This document shows, one piece after another, positions 13,800 to 22,112 of a stretch of 64,000 nt of DNA (positions are counted from its first letter, which is position 1; each line of letters opens with the position of its first letter). Source of the stretch: Actinomycetes bacterium (GTDB taxonomy: Bacteria; Actinomycetota; Acidimicrobiia; Acidimicrobiales; RAAP-2). The stretch spans positions 42,803 through 106,802 of the forward strand of contig JAJZDI010000007.1 of assembly GCA_021806045.1 (NCBI GenBank). The letters run 5' to 3'. The notes below the pieces were generated by a model. The model was not told where the DNA came from and made no database searches. It saw only the letters and a program-made list of their open reading frames with translations. Both the position numbers and the translations under genes were made by a program.

Positions 13800-16700
13800 T
13801 GGGTTGGGGTACCGGAGCAGTCCGGGAGGGCGGCACCAGGCCGCCGTTCCTGCGCCGGGTGGTGGTCGCCGCCGTGGCCGGTTCGGTCGTCGGCGCCGCC
13901 GTCTTCGCCACCGTGGCCACCACGTCACACGGTCCGTCGGCGACCTCAGCGGGGTCGGGGGCGCCGTCGGGCGCAGCCCACGCCACCACGGCGAGCGTGA
14001 CGACCAGGCTGGCCACCCTCCCGCTGGCCTTCGCCCAGGGCACCACGGCGACGCCCAGCTACGTGGCCGGGGCCCCCGGCTACGACGTACAGGTCACCCC
14101 GGACCAGGTCGACCTGGCCGTCATCCGGGGAACCGGGCAGGGTGGGACGGGCACGCCGGCGCCGCGGACGGGGACCGCCCCTTCAGCGCCCACCGGTACC
14201 GCCACCAGCCAGGTCGGCCTCGACCTGGTCGGGGCCGACCCCGCCGCCCGGTTGTCCACCCAGGGCGCCCTGCCCGGGCACGTGAACATGTTCGTGGGAC
14301 CGCGCCAGTCGTGGCGCTCCGACCTGCCCACCTACTCCACCGTGGTGGCCCACGACGCCTGGCCGGGCGTCGACGTGCGCTACGCCGGTAGCAGCGGCAA
14401 CCTCGAGTACTCCCTGACGGTGGCACCCGGAGCCGACCCGTCGATCGCCCGCATGCGGCTCACCGGGGTGACCGGCCTGCACGTCGACAGCCGGGGTGAC
14501 CTGGTCGGCCAGTCGGCCGCGGGGCCGGTGACCGAGCGGTCCCTCAGCGCCTGGCAGGTGGTCGGTGGCCACCGACATGCGGTGCCGGCCTCCTACCGCC
14601 TGCAGGGCACGACCGTCTCGTTCCAGGTGGGCTCCTACGACCGGAGCCGGCCGCTCATCATCGACCCGACGGTGGTGACGGGCTACGCCACCTACCTGTC
14701 GGGCGGCCCGCTGTCCGAGGTCCTCGGCCTGGCCACCGACCAGGCCGGGAACACCTTCGCCGTCGGGTTCATCGGTGCCCCCGGGTTGGCCCCGACCTAC
14801 GGAGGCGGGCTCACCGACGCCTTCGTCACCGAGCTCGACCCGACCGGCACCCACGCCCTCTTCTCCACCTACCTCGGCGGCATCGGCGAGGACGTGGCCA
14901 CCGCCGTCGCCCTCGGCCCATCGGGGTCGATCTACGTGGCCGGCTACACCGACTCCCCCGACTTCCCCATCGTCGGCGGCACGCGCAAAACCAACGACAA
15001 CAACACGGTCTTCGGCGCCGAGAACGACGGCTTCCTCACCGTGCTCGCCGCCGGCGGGAGCAGCATCGACGCCTCCACCCTCATCGGCGGGTCGGGTGAG
15101 GACGAGATCGAGGCCCTCGCCGTCGACGCCGCCGGCAACGCCCACATCGCCGGGCTCACCACGTGGAACGACTTCCCCGGCATGGGCGGCACGGCGGGCA
15201 CGTACCAGGACTTCAACACGGCCTACCTCTACACGAGGGGCGGTTCTTATGCCAAGAACTCGTTCGCCTTCGTGGCCACCGTGGACGACAGCGCCAGCGG
15301 GCTCGTCCTCGGCCCGGTCACCAACCTCGGCAATGAGTTGCACATCGAGGTTGACGCCCTCACCCTCGACAGTTCGGGTGACGCCTTCGTGGCTGGAGGA
15401 TCCTCCGCCACGCTGGCGACGGTCGGCGGGGCCTACTCGGGGAGCACGAACAACAACTACAACAAGGACGGCGGGTTCGTGGCCGAGGTGGCACCGACCG
15501 GCAGCGTGACCTGGCTGGCGTGGATGGGCCCGGCCATGCAGCTCTACGGCATCACCCTCGACGCGGCCGGCAACGTCGACGTGGTCGGGGCGGCCTACCC
15601 CGGCCTGGCCACCACCACGGGCGTCGTCGATCCGACGGACACCACAGGCGGGCCCCAGGCCATGGCCGCCTCGCTCTCACCGAACGGGGCCACCCTCCGG
15701 TGGGCCACCTACCTCGGTGGCACCAACGGCACCTCCGAGGCCGACGCCGTCGTCGTGGCACCGGACGGCTCCCTGCTGGTGGCGGGGGGGACGGCGTCCA
15801 CCAGCGGTGTGGCCACCGCCGGGGCGCCGCAGGTCACCTACGGCGGAGGATCCTCCGACGCGTTCCTCGTCGACCTGGCACCGGACGCCACCTCCGTCAA
15901 TTGGGGCACCTACCTCGGAGGTCCGGGCGCCGACTGGGCCATGTCGATGAGCCCCGTTCCCGGCGGGGTGGCAATCGGCGGACTGGCCTCGCCGCCGTCC
16001 TTCCCGGTCACCGCGGGGAGCCTGCAGACGACCCCCTCCGGATCCCAGTACGGCTTCGTCGCCGACGTGCTGGTGGCGCCCACGGTGACCTCGGTGTCGC
16101 CGGCCTCCGGGCCGGCCACCGGTGGCACCACCGTCACCGTGAACGGAACCGGGTTCACCGGTGCCACCGCCGTGCACGTGGGTGCGGCTGCCGCTTCCTT
16201 CACGGTGGTGTCGGACACGCAGCTGACCGCCACCGTGCCGCCCGGTTCGATCGGGACCGTGGACGTGACCGTCACCGGCCCCGGCGGCACCAGCGCCACC
16301 GCCACGGGGGACCACTTCACCTACGTGGCCAGCGGCTACCGCCTGGTCGCCGCCGACGGGGGGGTGTTCGCCTTCGGGAGCGACCGCTTCGCCGGGTCGT
16401 GCCCAGCGGCGGGCTCGGTGTGCAGTGGCGTGTCCGACATCGTCGGCACGGCCGCCACCCCCGACGGCACGGGCTACTGGCTGGTGGGGGCGGACGGCGC
16501 CGTCTACCCGTTCGGCACCGCCGCCTCCTACGGGTCGATGGCCGGGCACCACCTCGACAAGCCGATGGTCGGCATGGCCGCCACCCCGGACGGTAAGGGC
16601 TACTGGCTGGTGGCCGCCGACGGCGGGGTGTTCGCCTTCGGTGACGCCGCCTACGCCGGGTCGATGGGCGGCACCCACCTGGACGCGCCGGTGGTGGGCA

Positions 16701-17122
16701 TGGTCGCCACTCCCGGTGGCACGGGCTACTGGCTGGTGGGGGCCGACGGCGGGGTGTTCGCCTTCGGGACCGCCCGCTATGCCGGATCGTGCCCGGCGCC
16801 GGGCTCGGTGTGCAGTGGCGTGTCCGACATCGTCGGCGCGGCCGCCGCCCCCGTTGGCACGGGCTACTGGCTGGTGGGAGCGGACGGCGCCGTCTACCCG
16901 TTCGGCACCGCCGCCTCCTACGGATCGATGGCCGGGCACCACCTCGACAAGCCGATGGTCGGCATGGCCGCCACCCCCGACGGCAAGGGCTACTGGCTGG
17001 TGGCCGCCGACGGCGGGGTGTTCGCCTTCGGCGACGCCACCTTCGCCGGGTCGGAAGGCAGCACCCACCTGGACGCGCCGGTGGTGGGTGTGGCCACGCC
17101 GGCGGTCCGGCTCGCCGGCTGA
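13799..17122 (+). CDS. Large (1107-aa) cell-surface protein: signal/anchor, SBBP-type beta-propeller repeats, IPT/TIG domain, C-terminal GYWLV-DGGVF-FG repeat propeller
   Basis: N-terminal hydrophobic segment VVVAAVAGSVVGAAVFATVA. Motifs of the type DAFV(T/A)(E/K)L...STYLGG recur. The IPT-like segment is PTVTSVSPASGPATGGTTVTVNGTGF. About 9 C-terminal ~40-aa repeats follow. ATG 13799 overlaps the upstream TGA. Confidence 0.8.
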   Translation: MGWGTGAVREGGTRPPFLRRVVVAAVAGSVVGAAVFATVATTSHGPSATSAGSGAPSGAAHATTASVTTRLATLPLAFAQGTTATPSYVAGAPGYDVQVTPDQVDLAVIRGTGQGGTGTPAPRTGTAPSAPTGTATSQVGLDLVGADPAARLSTQGALPGHVNMFVGPRQSWRSDLPTYSTVVAHDAWPGVDVRYAGSSGNLEYSLTVAPGADPSIARMRLTGVTGLHVDSRGDLVGQSAAGPVTERSLSAWQVVGGHRHAVPASYRLQGTTVSFQVGSYDRSRPLIIDPTVVTGYATYLSGGPLSEVLGLATDQAGNTFAVGFIGAPGLAPTYGGGLTDAFVTELDPTGTHALFSTYLGGIGEDVATAVALGPSGSIYVAGYTDSPDFPIVGGTRKTNDNNTVFGAENDGFLTVLAAGGSSIDASTLIGGSGEDEIEALAVDAAGNAHIAGLTTWNDFPGMGGTAGTYQDFNTAYLYTRGGSYAKNSFAFVATVDDSASGLVLGPVTNLGNELHIEVDALTLDSSGDAFVAGGSSATLATVGGAYSGSTNNNYNKDGGFVAEVAPTGSVTWLAWMGPAMQLYGITLDAAGNVDVVGAAYPGLATTTGVVDPTDTTGGPQAMAASLSPNGATLRWATYLGGTNGTSEADAVVVAPDGSLLVAGGTASTSGVATAGAPQVTYGGGSSDAFLVDLAPDATSVNWGTYLGGPGADWAMSMSPVPGGVAIGGLASPPSFPVTAGSLQTTPSGSQYGFVADVLVAPTVTSVSPASGPATGGTTVTVNGTGFTGATAVHVGAAAASFTVVSDTQLTATVPPGSIGTVDVTVTGPGGTSATATGDHFTYVASGYRLVAADGGVFAFGSDRFAGSCPAAGSVCSGVSDIVGTAATPDGTGYWLVGADGAVYPFGTAASYGSMAGHHLDKPMVGMAATPDGKGYWLVAADGGVFAFGDAAYAGSMGGTHLDAPVVGMVATPGGTGYWLVGADGGVFAFGTARYAGSCPAPGSVCSGVSDIVGAAAAPVGTGYWLVGADGAVYPFGTAASYGSMAGHHLDKPMVGMAATPDGKGYWLVAADGGVFAFGDATFAGSEGSTHLDAPVVGVATPAVRLAG
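16391..17038 (+). repeat. Near-identical ~258-bp direct duplication (16391-16648 and 16781-17038) inside the surface-protein gene
   Basis: The two copies differ at only about a dozen positions by eye. The period is 390 bp, equal to 130 codons. Confidence 0.9.
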
Positions 17123-17181
17123 GCCCAGCGGGTCCGGGAACGTGCCGCCACCGACCGGACCGGCTCCCCGCCACGGGCACC

Positions 17182-18069
17182 ATGACCGCAGTGACAGGTG
17201 AACCATGGGCTGTGGACGCTGCCGCGCCCATCCGACCGTCGGACAGGACCGGTGCGCCGTTCCTCGAGCCCGTCGTCGACGTGGACACCCACGTGGGACC
17301 GCTCCTGCTCCCGGCCGGCGACGGCATCATCACCCGCGCCCTGCAGGACTACGGGCTGTGGGAGAGCCAGGAGACCGCCTACCTCATCATGACGCTCCTG
17401 CCCGGCCAGACGTTCGTGGACATCGGGGCCCACGTCGGCTACTTCAGCGTCCTCGCCTCCAAGCGGGTCGGCCCCACCGGGAGGGTGATCGCCTTCGAGC
17501 CCGAGGCACGCAACCTGGACCTGTTGGAGCGGAACCTCTGGCGCAACGGGTGCGACAACGCGGCGGTCGTGCCGTACGCGTGCTCCGACCGCCCGCAGGA
17601 CCTGTCCCTCGTCCTCATCGAGGAGAACCGAGGGGCACACCACCTGGTGCCGGCGGGGCAGGGGGACGTGCCCGTCCGGTGCGTCCGTCCCGACGACGTC
17701 CTGTCCGGAACCGTCGACGTGGTGAAGATCGACGCCCAGGGCTACGACCACGAGGTGGTCGCCGGGCTGCGTCGGACGTGGACCGCCTGCCCGGACCTGG
17801 AGATGCTGGTGGAGCTGTCGTACACCGAGCTCGACCGGCGAGGCATCGAACCCCTGGACGTGCTCACCGGCTACGAGGAGCTCGGGTTCGAGCTGGCCAT
17901 CTTCGACGCCGGCGGCAACCTCACGGTCATGCCGGCCGAGGCGGTCGACGTCGTGTGCCGTGCCCGCAAGCAGTCGGACTTCACGGTCATCCTGCGTCGG
18001 CGGGAGCGCGAGGTCCGTGGGGAGGATGACGTACGGCACGCGCCCTCGCCCGCTGGGGGCGACCGGTGA
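17182..18069 (+). CDS. FkbM-family SAM-dependent methyltransferase
   Basis: FVDIGAHVGYFS SAM-binding motif, then VIAFEPEARN and VDVVKIDAQGYDHEV, typical of FkbM-family enzymes. Confidence 0.8.
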   Translation: MTAVTGEPWAVDAAAPIRPSDRTGAPFLEPVVDVDTHVGPLLLPAGDGIITRALQDYGLWESQETAYLIMTLLPGQTFVDIGAHVGYFSVLASKRVGPTGRVIAFEPEARNLDLLERNLWRNGCDNAAVVPYACSDRPQDLSLVLIEENRGAHHLVPAGQGDVPVRCVRPDDVLSGTVDVVKIDAQGYDHEVVAGLRRTWTACPDLEMLVELSYTELDRRGIEPLDVLTGYEELGFELAIFDAGGNLTVMPAEAVDVVCRARKQSDFTVILRRREREVRGEDDVRHAPSPAGGDR

Positions 18070-19007
18070 CCGGAGCCACCGGGGCCGGGCCGGGAGACCA
18101 CACCCAGCTGGCGTCGTACCGGCGATGCGTCGAGCGCATCGAGCGCGCCTGGGACGGGTTCGCCCTCCGGCGCAGGGAACGCCTCCGCCAGGGCCTCTTC
18201 GACGCCCCGGTCGAGAAGGTGGCCGAGAACATCCTGGAGGACCTCCTCACCGGGGTGCTCGACTGGGAGCTGGCCGACGTCAACCTCCAGGTGGGACGGG
18301 CCGACATCGTCCTGTCCGAACTGGGGATCAAGCGACTGGTGCTCGAGGTCAAGCGACCAGGCGCGCTGGCGTGGCACCGGGCGGCCGTCGACAAGGCGCT
18401 GGATCAGGCGCTCAGGTACGCGGCGGCGCAGAAGGTGGGGGCGGTGGCGGTGAGCGACGGGCGGATGCTGTACGCGGCGGACGTGGCCAACGGCGGGCTC
18501 CGGGACCGGCTCTTCGTGTCGCTCGATGATGCCGATCCGCCCCACGAGCTGTGGTGGCTGTCCGTGCACGGCATCTACCGCCCGTGCCCGGGACCGTCCA
18601 CACCGCTGCCGTCGGCGGCGCCGGAGCGACCGGTCGAGGAAGCTGGCGCCGAGGTCGCGGGCGAGCTCCTCCACACCACGTACCACCTGCCGGCCCGGTG
18701 CTTCGCCTACGTGGGGCGGGCCGACGCGCCGAGCACGTGGAAGCTCCCCTACCGCACCGCCGACGGCGCACCCGACGTGAAGCGGCTTCCCAAGGCCATC
18801 CAGGCCATCCTCAGCAACTACCGGGGCGCCAAGGTGAGCATCCCCCGCGAGGCGGTGCCCGACGTCCTCGTGCGCCTGTGCCAGACGGCGGCGTCGCTCG
18901 GGAAGCTCCCCTGCCAGGATGCGGCCACCGCTCCCGCCTATACCGAGGCCCACCAGGCTCTCGACCAGCTCGGGCGCCTGGCCTCGGTCGGCTGCTGCCG
19001 TTCCTGA
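18066..19007 (+). CDS. Hypothetical protein with N-terminal PD-(D/E)XK-like motif and conserved C-terminal W-K-L-P domain
   Basis: GRADIVLSE...KRLVLEVKRPG fits D...E-x-K nuclease-fold spacing. The C-terminus reads STWKLPYRTADGAPDVKRLPKAIQAILSNYRG. It has a GTGA overlap with the FkbM gene. Confidence 0.5.
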   Translation: MTGATGAGPGDHTQLASYRRCVERIERAWDGFALRRRERLRQGLFDAPVEKVAENILEDLLTGVLDWELADVNLQVGRADIVLSELGIKRLVLEVKRPGALAWHRAAVDKALDQALRYAAAQKVGAVAVSDGRMLYAADVANGGLRDRLFVSLDDADPPHELWWLSVHGIYRPCPGPSTPLPSAAPERPVEEAGAEVAGELLHTTYHLPARCFAYVGRADAPSTWKLPYRTADGAPDVKRLPKAIQAILSNYRGAKVSIPREAVPDVLVRLCQTAASLGKLPCQDAATAPAYTEAHQALDQLGRLASVGCCRS

Positions 19008-19108
19008 CCGGCGCGGCCGTCACGAGGGCCGGCCGGCGACATGCCGGTGGAGCCACCGTGCTGTCAGTACCATCTCGGCCAGGTGGAATCGACGGGAGGG
19101 GCGGGATC

Positions 19109-20908
19109 GTGAGCGACCAATCGCAGGGCGCCGGGTGGTGGCAGGCGTCTGACGGCAAGTGGTACCCGCCCGAGCTGCACCCAGGGGCCGCGGCGGTTCC
19201 CCCTCAGGTGCAGGCACCGGCGCCCACACAGGCACCAGCACAGACACCACCACCCTTGCAGACGCCAGGGCCTGTGGCCGCGCCGCCATCGCCAGGGTGG
19301 TGGCAGGCGTCTGACGGCAACTGGTACCCGCCCGAGCTGCACCCGAGTGCGCCGGCCGGGCTGCAGGTGCCCTCGACACCCCCGTCCGGATTCGCCACCG
19401 GTCCTGCCGGACCCGCCGGTCCGTTCGGGTCCGGTCCGTTCGCTCCGTTCGGGTCCGGTCCGGCCGGCACGATGCTTCCCCCGGCCGTTGCAGACGCCGG
19501 ACGGTCACGTGGCCGCCGGAACCGGACGATCCTCGTCGCGGCGATCGTCGTCCTCCTGATCGCAGGAGGTGCGGGGGTGGCGGTCGCCGACCACTCGTCA
19601 CCCACGTCGGCGCCGACGACGACGGCGGCGTCGGCGCCGACGGCGGCGGGGCCCGCCATGGGGACGCTCGACGTCCTCGGCGGCCCCGTGGCCGGCGGCG
19701 GGCACGCCATCGTGATCGACGTGACATCCGACCTCCACATGGAGCTGAGTGCCGTCGACCCCAGGAGCTCGCGGGTCGCGTGGCAGCAGCCGTTCTCCGC
19801 GTCGGAGATCACCCCCGGCGAGCCGTTCACCCCGACCGTCATCGGCAACGTCGTGATCGACCTCGCCCCGACGGGCGCGCTCACCGATCCGGCGGTGTCG
19901 ATCGAAGGGATCGACGCCACCACCGGTGTCGTACGCTGGACCTACGCAACGCCGGGCATCGCACTGGACGCACCCGTTCCCTGTGCCGGCGCCGGGACCT
20001 TCTGTCTCTCGTGGGTGACAGCTGCATCGACGTCGAGCAGCCTCATCGAGGTGAGCGCCACCACCGGGTCGTTGGTCCGCACGATCCCGAACATCGAACG
20101 CCAGCTCGGCACCGACGTCTACCAGACGGGGTCCACCACGCCCACGGTCATCCAGCTCGGCTCTCAGGGCCAGGTCGTCTGGCAGAAGGGGACGGCGTCC
20201 ATCTTCGGCTCCACCAACGACGTCCCCGACCAGGGGTGGAACATCGACCGCTTCGGGAGCATGAACGTCGGAAGCCTCGGTTCCGCACCGACGGGCAACG
20301 TGGAGGACCTCGGGTCGTCGACGACGACGGGGTTCTCCATCGCCACCGGAACGCCACGGTGGACGGACCCGGGGCTCTACAACTGCATGGGGCCGCTCGA
20401 GTTCCTGTCGACGCCGGTGATCTGCCGCCTGTCCGGCACGGTGACGGCGCCGTCCACCCCCAACGGCACACCGACGTTCTCCGGGCTCGCCCTGCAGATC
20501 GAGGGGTTCGACACGCAGACGGGGACGATCACCTGGAGCCAGCCCGACACGAACATCCAACCCATGGTGGGCTCCGGCGCCATCCCGTTCCTCGACGGCG
20601 ACCACATCGTCGTGCAACAGCACGGTGGCTTCGTGGTCCTCGACACGCAGACCGGCACGGTCGCCCCGGTACGCACCGGCGAGGTCTTCTGGTGCGCGAC
20701 CACGCCTACGGTCAACGTGGCCGTGCCGGCCGGCTCGGGCTATCCGGGCAACCGGACCGCCACTGATCGCTTCTCCGGCTGCACGGCCGACGGCACGCCC
20801 AGCACGGCTACCCACCCGGCCAACCAGCCGAGCGCCGTCGGGGTCACCATCAACGGGATCTTCCTCTGGCCGGGCCAGCACGGCCTGAGCTCCGAACGCG
20901 CGTCCTGA
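19109..20908 (+). CDS. Membrane-anchored protein: 2 x DUF2510-like (GWWQASDGxWYPPE) N-terminal repeats, one TM segment, extracytoplasmic beta-propeller-like domain
   Basis: GTG at 19109 with GGGAGGG 9 nt upstream. The TM segment is ILVAAIVVLLIAGGAGVAV. The C-terminal ~420 aa are Thr/Gly/Val-rich and propeller-like. Confidence 0.65.
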   Translation: MSDQSQGAGWWQASDGKWYPPELHPGAAAVPPQVQAPAPTQAPAQTPPPLQTPGPVAAPPSPGWWQASDGNWYPPELHPSAPAGLQVPSTPPSGFATGPAGPAGPFGSGPFAPFGSGPAGTMLPPAVADAGRSRGRRNRTILVAAIVVLLIAGGAGVAVADHSSPTSAPTTTAASAPTAAGPAMGTLDVLGGPVAGGGHAIVIDVTSDLHMELSAVDPRSSRVAWQQPFSASEITPGEPFTPTVIGNVVIDLAPTGALTDPAVSIEGIDATTGVVRWTYATPGIALDAPVPCAGAGTFCLSWVTAASTSSSLIEVSATTGSLVRTIPNIERQLGTDVYQTGSTTPTVIQLGSQGQVVWQKGTASIFGSTNDVPDQGWNIDRFGSMNVGSLGSAPTGNVEDLGSSTTTGFSIATGTPRWTDPGLYNCMGPLEFLSTPVICRLSGTVTAPSTPNGTPTFSGLALQIEGFDTQTGTITWSQPDTNIQPMVGSGAIPFLDGDHIVVQQHGGFVVLDTQTGTVAPVRTGEVFWCATTPTVNVAVPAGSGYPGNRTATDRFSGCTADGTPSTATHPANQPSAVGVTINGIFLWPGQHGLSSERAS

Positions 20909-20956
20909 TCGGCCCTTCGGTCCTGACCGGGCCGGCGGTCACGACCGCCCCGACCC

Positions 20957-21595
20957 TCAGCGCACCCCAGGCTGGCGGAACTGCACGCTGATCCTCGGCC
21001 CGACCGACCGGCGGGTCTTCGGCACCGCGTGCTCCCACGTCCGCTGGCAGCTGCCCCCCATCACGATCAGGTCCCCGTGCCCCAGCTCGAACCGGCGGCC
21101 CTGGCCGCCGCCCTGCGAGCCGCCCACAGGGCGCAGCAGGAACCGCCGTGGCTCGCCGAAGGAGACGATGGCCACCACCGTGTCGTGGGTGGCGCCGCGG
21201 CCGATGGTGTCACCGTGCCAGGCCACGCTGTCCCCACCCCCCCGGTAGAGGCACAGGCCGGCCGTACGCACCGGTCCACCCTCTTCGCCGCCGTAGCGGT
21301 CGGCCAGCGCACGACGGACCTCGTCGAGGAACGGGTGGGGCAGCCGCTCGGCCTCGCCGTAGAAGGCGACGAGGCGGGGGACGTCCACGATCCGGTCGTA
21401 CATCTTCCGGCGTTCGGCCCGCCACGGCACCTCCGTGAGCAGGTGTTCGAAGACGGCGTCGGCGTCGGTCGCCCAGCCGGGCCGGTGCTCCACCCAGGCG
21501 CCATCCCCCAGGTCCTCACGGACCAGCCCGTCGGCGAGCACGCCCAGGCCAGGACCGCCCCCGGTGTCGAACAGGCTCCTCTGGATGACCACCAC
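20957..21595 (-). CDS. alkB: Alpha-ketoglutarate/Fe(II)-dependent dioxygenase AlkB
   Basis: WHGD iron motif, LIVMGG...QRTWEHAVP and RISVQFR (R-x-S-x-x-x-R). The GTG start lies 11 nt after the marR stop. Confidence 0.85.
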   Translation of the reverse strand: MVVIQRSLFDTGGGPGLGVLADGLVREDLGDGAWVEHRPGWATDADAVFEHLLTEVPWRAERRKMYDRIVDVPRLVAFYGEAERLPHPFLDEVRRALADRYGGEEGGPVRTAGLCLYRGGGDSVAWHGDTIGRGATHDTVVAIVSFGEPRRFLLRPVGGSQGGGQGRRFELGHGDLIVMGGSCQRTWEHAVPKTRRSVGPRISVQFRQPGVR

Positions 21596-21606
21596 GGCCC
21601 GCCATG

Positions 21607-22059
21607 CTACCCGAACATACGTTCGGCATGGCCGAGGAGCGTGGCAAGCATGCTCCGGAGCTCCTGGAGGCGCTCCCGACCGAGCAACTCGGCCCACTCC
21701 TCCTCGAGGGCCCGGCTGCCGTCCCACAGCACCCGGACGGCGGCACGACCCCGGGCCGTCAGGCAGATCAGCTTGGCCCGGGCGTCGCCCGGGTCGTCGA
21801 CCCGCTCCACGTACCCGCCCCGCTCCAGGTTGGCCACCATCTGGGCCACGGCCTGACGGGACACCCGCAGCGTCGTCGCCAGCTCCGACGCATGGCGACC
21901 GCCACCGAGCAGGGGGACGAGGGCCTGGGCCGTCATGGGGCGCAGGTCGGCCATGCCCGCGTCGGCCAGGACCCCCCGCGCCCGAACCGTCCCCATTCTG
22001 GCAAGGACCTGGACAAGTGTGGGGACCGTCAGGTTCGGTCGGGCACCAGATTCGGCCAT
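21607..22059 (-). CDS. MarR-family transcriptional regulator
   Basis: 150 aa. The winged-HTH segment is ASELATTLRVSRQAVAQMVANLERGGYVERVDDPGDARAKLICLTARG. Confidence 0.85.
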   Translation of the reverse strand: MAESGARPNLTVPTLVQVLARMGTVRARGVLADAGMADLRPMTAQALVPLLGGGRHASELATTLRVSRQAVAQMVANLERGGYVERVDDPGDARAKLICLTARGRAAVRVLWDGSRALEEEWAELLGRERLQELRSMLATLLGHAERMFG

Positions 22060-22077
22060 CGCCGTGCAATCCTAGCA

Positions 22078-22107
22078 TTGACAGTTGACAAGGTACTTGC
22101 CTAGTCT
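22078..22107 (+). promoter_or_regulatory. Candidate sigma-70-type promoter (TTGACA-18 nt-TAGTCT) for the lipoprotein esterase, implying a leaderless mRNA
   Basis: TTGACA at 22078-22083 and TAGTCT at 22102-22107. The ATG at 22113 is only 5 nt downstream and has no SD. Confidence 0.4.
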
Positions 22108-22112
22108 GCCGT

